Positions 54,846-64,000 of a DNA stretch of 64,000 bases are shown here, one piece after another. Made by a program: the position numbers and the translations under genes. This stretch comes from Octopus vulgaris. Its lineage: Eukaryota. The first letter of the stretch is position 1. The number at the start of each line of letters is the position of its first letter. Below the pieces are notes generated by a model. It was not told the origin of the DNA. It did not search any database and saw only the letters and a program-made list of their open reading frames with translations. The stretch spans positions 5,022,001 to 5,086,000 of the forward strand of contig OX597821.1 in NCBI GenBank assembly GCA_951406725.2, given 5' to 3'.

Positions 54846-55864
54846 GTATATATTCACAAAAGCGATAATGTTAATTAGCACTTATTAAAAAAACTAGCAT
54901 GTACTAATATACACAACGTTATCAATTTCATGCTAATTCGGATCGTCATTGAAAATACATTTCCTTGCTTTTAACTTGTTAAACACTATTTTTCTTAAGT
55001 AAGTTTAAGAATGAACTTCCTATTTTTGACAGATAAATCTATGGTCCCTGATTATTTTATGAATGCAATTTTTATATCCCTTGTGGCGGTCTTAAATACA
55101 ACATGATTATATATTAAAATATGAGTAATTTTTCCTTTTGCTTTTTGTATTGATAAATTAGAAGCAAATTTACAGATAGTTATCTCTATACAAGTCCTAG
55201 CAGAAGGAACGTAGATTATATTATAAAAAGGAATATTTCGAATACATAATGAAGATTCCAGAGATGAAGAAAAATTTCGTATTACAGGTCGAAACAGTAT
55301 ATGGCATGATATATTAAAAACAAACAAAAAAATAAAACAAACAAATATAATTCTACAAAAACGAGGGAAAATCTGTATAATAATATTTTTCCTTATGAAA
55401 TATATTTTCTGTAATTTTTTGACAATAAACCAAAAACTGTAATATGAAGATACAAATGAAGCTAGCATATATTGAAGTGAAATGATTAACTGCACAAACA
55501 ATATTAAAACATTTTTTAAAAGACATGAGTAAAGGTTTAAACGTGTCGAATCCTTAAAATCAGAATAACATTATATAATTCAGGCAAAATCTTCACAACT
55601 GTGGGTGGAATATTAATGTATTAAAATTTTCAGTGTATATTAATATTCATTTTTCATATTGGAAATGTATTTGTCACAAAATAACAAAAATAAAAGATGA
55701 AAATTGAATTTTATGATTTTGATGTTACATAATACAAGATAATGTAATACGATTTAAAAGTTTATTCAATATTTTCTATGATTGATGATTTCTGGAGAAG
55801 TTAGAGTTAATATGAACACAGGCACACACATGTATACATATCCTATAAAGATATATATTTATGT

Positions 55865-55906
<42 letters not shown>

Positions 55907-56090
55907 ATGTGTGTATGTATGTATGTATGTATGTATATGTATATGTAAATATATATATATGATAGTATGCATATCTTTATAAACATATATATAAACCTAT
56001 TTCTAAATGTATCTGTGTATACGTATCCATATTTATCGATATACTTATATTACATACTTAAAAAATGACACACACACACATATATATATA

Positions 56091-56138
<48 letters not shown>

Positions 56139-56221
56139 TGTGCGTGTATATATATATATATATATATATAACAAAGTGGAGTTGTAGGGTACCGCACGAG
56201 TGGAATTATATACGAAACAAA

Positions 56222-56501
56222 GTTTGAAAATGCAATTTTAAAAGATGTTTATTTACTTTACCGGTTTCACTCTTTGGAAAAAGATTGTCAAAAGTAACAT
56301 GTAGAAGATTGGTTGCGTTAATTATTGGTTGTTACAAAATACTACATTACATATATACAGACTGTATATATGCAAAGGTAACAGTTTGTAACAACCGGTA
56401 ATTAACGCAACCAAACTTTTACATGTTACTTTTGACAATCTTTTTCCAAAGAGTGAAACTGGTAAAGTAAATAAACATCTTTTAAAATTGCATTTTCAAA
56501 C
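56222..56501. mobile_element. 280-bp palindromic (TA)n-flanked element with variant hammerhead-like motif in each arm
   Basis: Centre CATATATACAG-A-CTGTATATATG; motif TTACTT-TTGACAA-TCTTT-TTCC-AAAGA-GT-GAAAC-(C/T)G-GTA^AAGTAA at 56426-56470(+) and 56253-56297(-). Confidence 0.8.
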
Positions 56502-56506
56502 ATTCT

Positions 56507-56602
<96 letters not shown>

Positions 56603-56866
56603 CAATTAAGGACAACCACTTAATAAGGAAAACTTAACAAGAAATTGTCAGGTAGATAGCGTAAAAACCTCATAAGAGAAAAAATTTCGAAAATAATTAT
56701 TTCTTATTGAACATATTAATTTATATATAGAGGTCATTATACATACATGCCAGAAGGCATTATACATACATGCCAAACGCTAAGAGGGACAATTAGTCAT
56801 TTCTACCAAAAATATTACTAATCCCACCGAATGCAATTTTTCAAAGTAAGACATTTAAAAAATATA

Positions 56867-56912
56867 GACCTGTATCACAGTGATTTCATACTTACGTACT
56901 CATCAGCAGGCC
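56867..56912 (-). ncRNA. type I hammerhead ribozyme (mirror copy)
   Basis: Exact reverse complement of 57192-57237. Confidence 0.8.
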
Positions 56913-57191
56913 TGAATGCATTATAAATAAACAACGACCCTGCCCCGCTTAAGTCGATCAGCTAACTGTTCAACATCAACAAAGCACATGGGTGAGTTTA
57001 CATATATTACATCCGGTCAAATGGCAAACTTTTACGAATTGCATTTCGGGAGAGGAAAAATGCAATTCGTAAAAGTTTGCCATTTGACCGGATGTAATAT
57101 ATGTAAACTCACCCATGTGCTTTGTTGATGTTGAACAGTTAGCTGATCGACTTAAGCGGGGCAGGGTCGTTGTTTATTTATAATGCATTCA

Positions 57192-57237
57192 GGCCTGCTG
57201 ATGAGTACGTAAGTATGAAATCACTGTGATACAGGTC
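57192..57237 (+). ncRNA. type I hammerhead ribozyme
   Basis: GGCCTG-CTGATGA-GTAC-GTAA-GTAT-GAAA-TCAC-T-GTGA-TA^CAGGTC: 6-bp stem I, stem II with GNRA loop, stem III; cleavage after 57231. Confidence 0.85.
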
Positions 57238-57374
57238 TATATATTTTTAAATGTCTTACTTTGAAAAATTGCATTCGGTGGGATTAGTAATATTTTTGGT
57301 AGAAATGACTAATTGTCCCTCTTAGCGTTTGGCATGTATGTATATGCCTTCTGGCATGTATGTATAATGCCCTC

Positions 57375-57429
<55 letters not shown>

Positions 57430-57431
<2 letters not shown>

Positions 57432-57582
57432 TTCTCCTGTGTTTCCGACGAAGAGCTCCGCTCGAAACGCTAGACTCTCCTTCTTCCCTTCTTTCCTGAG
57501 CGTCCAATGATACTATATTTTTTCCACGTCCTCGCGTTGTTGTGTTTCTTTGTTTTTTTGTGTTTTCTTGTTTGGATTAACT
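57430..57582 (+). mobile_element. (TA)n-flanked repeat fragment with degenerate hammerhead-like motif (57441-57475)
   Basis: GTTT-CCGACGA-A-GAGC-TCC-GCTC-GAAAC-GCT-AGAC; two core substitutions. Confidence 0.5.
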
Positions 57583-57585
57583 ATG

Positions 57586-57638
<53 letters not shown>

Positions 57639-57810
57639 AGGTTTGGAGATGATGTACAGGTATTATATATTAGAAGAAATGAGGTAATCCGAAGATCGGA
57701 TGGTTTATATTTACAGATATTCATTTATATATTACATTTTTTACATATATATCATATCACTTAGATCATTAGCGCTTTCTCCCATTCTAGTGGGGTTTTC
57801 AAATCAAAAT

Positions 57811-57842
<32 letters not shown>

Positions 57843-58959
57843 CTACACACACATACAAGCATGTATATATATATGTCTGTGTGTGTGTGTATATATATAT
57901 ATATAGTTAATATTTTCTAATCACTTATAAAAACATATATGCGTACGCGTGTATATATGTTTCTACCTATGGAGATTCACAATTTTGCAATCCTAGCAGT
58001 GATATAGGCACCTGTGCACTCTGTGCCTTGAGCGCTATGGTATCTATTCCTTGAGGGGCTTCTTAGACCTAGATGCTCAACGAATTTTTTTTTATTTCCA
58101 ATACGCCGCACTTAAGTATATTTACACACATCTTTACTAACTTAAGCCGCTCGTCCACAGTGAACAATGTTTCTCTATGTGAGACAATTTGAATATTGTC
58201 GACACAGTATCGATTCATTCCGTCCACTTGCTTCTACCCTCCGGTGATTTAGTCCGCTTGTTGATGTCGTTGTCCGATCTCTTAGGCTTAACACATTCGT
58301 AACACTCAGTTGAGGTCTACTCTGATATATCGTGTCTCTAAACAGACTTAGGTAGAGCATCTGCCATGGCAACAGACTTTATCGTATTTTTGTGATCAAC
58401 AATATACGGCTGTCGTGCGCATCGACTTCTCGTCCTTACGAAAGAACAACACTTCTCCTGAGATGATGGTCTTCATAGCCTAATGTTTTCATGTTATTGC
58501 TGTACCTTCTAGTTATCCCATGATAACTAATTTGTATTTTTATGTTTCTCATATGCTGTTCATACTTTAAACCTTATGTAAGGGGACAAGCAATGCATTT
58601 TCACTTCAATAGCTTGTTGCTCCATATTCTCACTCTGTCCCTCCCTCGTTTCTCTCTTCTATCCTCTCTCTTCTCTCTTCTATAACCTCTCTTCTCTCTT
58701 CTATCCCCTCTCTCTCCTCTCTCTCCCTTCTATCACCTCTCTCCAATCTCTCTTCTACTCCCTCTCTCCCTAACATTCCCTCACGCTCTCCCCCTCATTC
58801 TCTTTCTATCAAACTAGCTATCTGTCTCTCGCAAACTTTAGAATGTCTGTCAAACTGCCAATATCTATGTGTAAGATTATATTGTATGTAACTGGTTGTT
58901 CCCTGATATCGGAGGGGAAAATGTATTCGGAGGAAAGCTGTGTATTTTGATAGGCCTAC

Positions 58960-59018
<59 letters not shown>

Positions 59019-59019
<1 letters not shown>

Positions 59020-61495
59020 TATTTTTATTTGCCACGAGTGCTGACAAATATGATTAGAAAACATAAAGGGACAAAACAGGACGAAAGTTTACAAAGGGTT
59101 TTGTCCGTTTGTGAAAAAATCGTGAAAAAACAGTGTAACAATCAAATAATATAACAACGAAAAACGAAAATAGGGGGAGGCATTACGAAAGGTTCCTGGT
59201 GGAAAAACCCATAAAAGCCAACGGGAGCCTGGTCAAAAAGGTAGGTAGAGAGCCCCTTTCTCATTTTATAATACCTTTTTCAATTACAGCCGAAACATCA
59301 GAATTGGTCCACTTACACTGGCCATTCTTGCACAATTCACCCACCTTTCAGAAAACTTGCTATCAGACAGCACTCTCCTCTCTAACCTCATCTTCCTTTT
59401 CAAGTGAAACTTGAAAAAGTTGATGAGGCGTTGACCAAAGAGGAAAGTGTCTGACTTTAGCCCTTTCAAACGGGTCCACCATACAACCTCTTTCGCCACA
59501 GCCACTAGGCACAGGAAAACGGCCTTGCCCTCCTTGTTAATGGAGGTCGGCGGCGCAATCTTCACAATGGATTCAGCTGATAGCCGGATCCGTCCTATAC
59601 GTGACAGTAGCTGTTCGACATAAGCCCATAGTTCAGCAATACTCGAGCACTGGACGAGTGCGTGCAGAACGGTTTCATCGTCCTGGCAGCACCTCGGACA
59701 GGCCCGGCTGACGGCACTTCCGAGACGGTAGAGTTTATCCCGAACAGGCAGAGCCCCTCGGTAGCACTGCCAGGCGAGCGACCTCTGGAAATTAACCATT
59801 GGCCCCGGCCCGAAAATCCTTCCGAAAAGACCGCTCAGTTCGTTATCATCAACGCCTAGAGTTTCCCCGAGAATGTCGTCGCATTTTCCTCCACTAACCC
59901 TCTATAGAACGCTAGAGTGGAACTGAAACCGATCGCATTGCCCGCTTGGCGGAGGGCAGAGAGAGCTTCACGGCACTCGAGATGCCAAGCTTCTTTTCTC
60001 GGTCTACGTTTGATCCAGGTTTGCAGCTCAGTCAAAGAGACGAGCTGCGGAAAATCGCGTCTGACAAAAGGTGACTACACCTGTTCACCGTCTAGGAAAA
60101 CCTTGAGATGTCGCAGCCTGTGCGCATGTCTGCGCATCAGTAACCACGGCATGCCAAGGCCTCCGTTCAGCGGTCGTTGACAGCAGATGAATCGCCTGAC
60201 CAGTGGCACCTGACCCTTCCACAAAATGTCGAAGAGCAGACGTACCAGCTTGGCCAACCAGCGATCGGGACAAGGGACGACGATCAAGCGGTAATAGATG
60301 ACAGATGCGATGTACGCATTCGCCACCTCCGCTCGACCTTTCAGGGACAGCTTCCTCTCGGTCCATTTCTGGGTGAGTTTGGCCACCCTGCTCGTCACTT
60401 CTTCCCAGTTTTTATCCACCTGGAGGTCCGGACCGAACCAGACACCGAGCAGTTTAACGGGTCCGTCTGTCCAGCGTCCTACGACGCTGATGGACGGCAT
60501 GGGCTTGCCTCTCCAGGTGCCCAGTTGCAAGCCCATAGACTTTTCCGCGTTAATCTTTACCCCTGTCACCGCTTCGTACTCGTTTAGCGTCTCGCCAATC
60601 AGGTCAATGTGTCTGTGGCTCGACACTATCACGGTGACGTCGTCGTCAGCATAGGCAGACACGCTGTTTCCATCTCCTAGATCGTGCGGGATACTCCTGA
60701 AAGCCTCGAACTTGCGCAGTAATGGCTCGAGAGTCAATATGTACAAGAGGGAGGAGAGAGGGCATCCTTGGTGGACCGAACGCGAAATGTCAAACGCTTC
60801 CGAAAGGTGACCGTTCACCCGTATCACCGAGCAAATGTTGCTGTATAAAGTAGCGATCCACCCGCGGAAGACTGGACCGAAGCCAGCTGCCAGGTACCTG
60901 TGGTCGACCCTTTCGAAGGCTTTACTCTGATCTAAATTGATCAAAGCCCCACCCGCGCCAGCCTCGTTACTCACCCTCTCTATGATGTAGCGCATGAGGG
61001 AGGTTGTCGTGTATCGACCTAGTCGGCACGGCGCATGTCTGCGTCTTGCCAACCAGCTTGTCCACGACAAGCGCCAATCTCTTGGCTAGCACCTTGGCCA
61101 ACTCTCCTTTGAGCAGAGTGATGGGCCGAAAATTCCCTATTACGTCCCCCTTGTTTGGGTCCTTTCTCAGCAAAGCCACCACCCTCGACAGATAAAAGCA
61201 GGAATTCTCCCGTTTTGCTGCCAGTTGCAGTAGACGTTTGCCAGCAGGCCCGCAAACAAGTCTGGCATTGAAGTGTAAAGCTCGTAGGGCAGACCATCCA
61301 AACCCGGCGATCTACCTCTAGTGCAACTCTTCATTGCTTCTTCCACTACCCAGGCAGATATCGGTCCTTCGCAGCACTCTGTCTCGCTGTCCGAAAGTTG
61401 CGGTAGGCCGTCCAGGTACACACCAAAGTCTGCACCATTGTCCGTTCCACCGCTCGTCCCAAACAGTTGAGCAAAGTGCCGCTGAAACACCGCAC

Positions 61496-61496
<1 letters not shown>
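59019..61496 (-). mobile_element. 5'-truncated Tx1/L1-clade LINE between (TTA)n and (GAT)n arrays
   Basis: ORF2 remnants plus T-rich 3'UTR ending GGCAAATAAAAATAATT next to (TTA)n. Confidence 0.85.
59284..61496 (-). pseudogene. Tx1-like ORF2 (RT + C-terminal zinc finger), multiple frameshifts
   Basis: SPGLDGLPYE, NFRPITLL, LDQSKAFERVDH, QGCPLS, YADD, LSLKGR, NGGLG, CPRC..ETVLHALVQC. Confidence 0.9.
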
Positions 61497-61589
<93 letters not shown>

Positions 61590-61708
61590 CGACGACGACG
61601 ACGATGACGATGACGACGACGACGACGATGACGATGACAATGACGATGACGATGATGATGGTGATGATGATGATGATGATGATGATGATAATAATAATAA
61701 TAATAATG
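61497..61708. repeat. (GAT)/(GAC)/(AAT) array
   Basis: Directly visible. Confidence 0.95.
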
Positions 61709-62237
61709 CACTGATGCAGTACCAGACATGGGTCTCATGGCTTCTAATCTTAACTGATTGGAAGTGTTATCATGTACATTGTTTTGTCTTGGTATAAAAG
61801 AGGCTACAGTAAATATTCTTCTCTATACCAGAGATTTGCTTGTTAGTTGTTTGACCTTAAACAGTTGAGCATGTCCCTTAGTGGCTGACGATATGTGCAT
61901 CTCTGATTACGAGCAGAAGTAGTGGGGGAGCATCATAGCCATGTGTTGAAAGGAATTCTTGGAGGTTTGGATAATTCACCTCTGGAAACATGCGTGGTTC
62001 GTTCAACATCCTTAAACAATCTTTATTCAGGGAAATTTTGAGTGGGATGGGCTACTCGACCAGAAGAAAATTTTAACTGGGCCCCACCTGCAAGGTGATG
62101 CGCTGTTAATCTTGATGTGAGATCACTATGTCGTGCACATATGGTTGTGTGCATGTGCATGTGCCTGGTGTACCCTTCTCAGACGGGCAGTCATGATGAG
62201 TATACTTGGCTTCGAATATTTTACCCCAGAGTCACTC

Positions 62238-62240
<3 letters not shown>
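61709..62240 (+). mobile_element. unclassified repeat inserted in (AAT)n; its 3' part recurs at 62577-62697
   Basis: TGCATGTGCCT.GTGTACCCTT.TCAGA.GGG.AGTC.TGATGAGTATACT..TATTTTACCCCAG.GTCACT occurs twice, each time bounded by (AAT)n. Confidence 0.55.
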
Positions 62241-62297
<57 letters not shown>

Positions 62298-62554
62298 CTG
62301 AAAACAGAAACAATTCCTATCATAGTAGGTGCATTAGGCATGATAAAAAATATTCAGACAAATACATAACAAAAACACCAGGACTTACAAACACATATAA
62401 CAAATTGCACTACTGGGCACTGTACACATCCTACGCAGAACACTTTCCATACAATAACCATCAGAGCATCACAACAAATCACAGCACATACCCAAGGCAC
62501 ACAGAGCTGCGCTCGGTAGTGAAGTGAAAGCACGCTATAAAAATAAAACTACTG
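62298..62554 (+). mobile_element. 3' end of Dong/R4-like element in (AAT)n
   Basis: LKTETIPIIVGALGMIK; same 3'UTR as 17352-17450 (CATACCCAAGGCACACAGAG..CTACTG). Confidence 0.8.
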
Positions 62555-62696
62555 AATAATAATAATAATAATAATAATGTGGTTGTGATGCATGTGCCTA
62601 GTGTACCCTTATCAGATGGGTAGTCGTGATGAGTATACTGGACTTCGTATATTTTACCCCAGTGTCACTTTGATGGCATGCACTGCTCTCTCAATC

Positions 62697-62753
<57 letters not shown>

Positions 62754-63298
62754 GATGATAATAACAACAACAACAATAATAATGGGTGATGACGATGATG
62801 ATGATGACAATGATATTAATTCCAACAACAGTAACAGGAGCAACGAGAACAATAGCAATAAGAACAAGATGAAACAGGGAAATATCCAAACAGTAACTGC
62901 AGTAGATGTTAGGCTGAAAGATCTGAACGTTGGTGTTTATAGCAACAGTAATAAATGTTACCTACTCGTATCCTAGCAGCCTTCCTACTCAATAAATAGA
63001 ATATTTGACAGACATGCGCACTAACATACGTATATATGCATAATACATACATACATACATAAATACGTAAGGAGAGAGATATATATATACATACATAGAC
63101 ACTAACACACACACATATTCGTTCATTGTTCTTTTCGTTTGTTTGCTTTTTCTGCTTTTTTTTTCTATCGCAAAGAGGCAAACGGACGTATTTCCCGCAA
63201 CGAATATTGTTTTGGGATCTCGATTATATGTAGGCACTGCAGCTCAGCATGCATATATATATGTGTCTGAATGTGTGTGCATATATTAATATCTATAT

Positions 63299-63397
<99 letters not shown>

Positions 63398-63712
63398 TAT
63401 ATATAGAGATAGATATATAGATAGATAGATAAAAGACTACATATACATGTGTTTGTATGCGTGTACGTATGTCACTAACCATACATGTGTGTATATATGT
63501 ATGTATGTATGAATGTATGTACGTATGCAACTATCTATCTGTCTATGCAAAAACGTACACACGCATGTATATCTGAGAGTCTCAATGGGAGATGAAGACG
63601 GAGAATAGGGAATGGAATATGATGTATAGATAGGCTTTCATGAAGCGAAGATGAAAAATAAACAGCGAAACGGTTTCGAGGATCGGGGAGCTGGGGGTGG
63701 GTGACACATATA

Positions 63713-63757
<45 letters not shown>

Positions 63758-63794
63758 ATGTGTGTATAGATACATATATATATATATATATATA

Positions 63795-64000
63795 CTAGCA
63801 GTATCGCCCGGCGTTGCTCGAGTTTGTAAGGGAAATAACTATAAAGCATTTTTAGAGAGTTATAGCCAAAAAATAGCAAAAAATGCATTAAAAATGGAAA
63901 AACATTATGGTATTTTTTTAAAATCGTTGACATTTTTAGAGAGTTACTTCCCTTATATTAAAAAACATATGCATTAAAATGGAAAAAAAGATGATAAATT
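63795..64000 (-). mobile_element. Helitron-like 3' terminus (continues beyond window)
   Basis: Minus strand ends CTCGAGCAACGCCGGGCGATACTG-CTAG followed by T: imperfect subterminal GC hairpin plus CTAG. Confidence 0.6.

Larger units (their letters stand above)
56719..57385. mobile_element. near-perfect palindrome, ~328-bp arms (56719-57046 / 57058-57385), 11-nt spacer, inside a (TA)n-flanked element starting ~56601
   Basis: Only a few differences between arms; canonical hammerhead in each. Confidence 0.9.

Noticed and set aside
55052-55501. 149-aa non-repetitive ORF
   Set aside because: AT-rich F/I/L composition typical of chance ORFs; no motif recognised on either strand

Overview
AT-rich, microsatellite-saturated eukaryotic non-coding DNA. 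The repeat families and a mollusc-type 5S sequence suggest a cephalopod (octopus-like); this is an inference from recall, not a database result. I found no host protein-coding exon, and almost all listed ORFs are translations of simple repeats. Recognisable content: DNA transposons (a near full-length mariner at 30066-31347, a Tc1 at 31897-33541, deleted mariner and Tigger-like MITEs, a Helitron-like 3' end), non-LTR retrotransposons (a CR1-group LINE with an open 516-codon RT frame, a Tx1/L1-clade LINE, Dong/R4-like RLE fragments in (TAA)n, RTE pieces), several tRNA-derived SINE families, and a 5S rRNA copy fused to a SINE/LINE tail. The most striking signal is a set of unrelated non-coding elements, mostly next to (TA)n arrays and often long fold-back palindromes, that carry type I hammerhead ribozyme motifs. 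Canonical motifs lie at 57192-57237/56867-56912, 31653-31733 and 5952-6081; variant cores include U3-A8 and A6U. One inverted arm starts at the predicted cleavage site, and one hammerhead lies downstream of a tRNA-like Pol III head. These look like a diverse population of non-autonomous Penelope-like/retrozyme-like ribozyme elements. All folds were done by eye and are untested.
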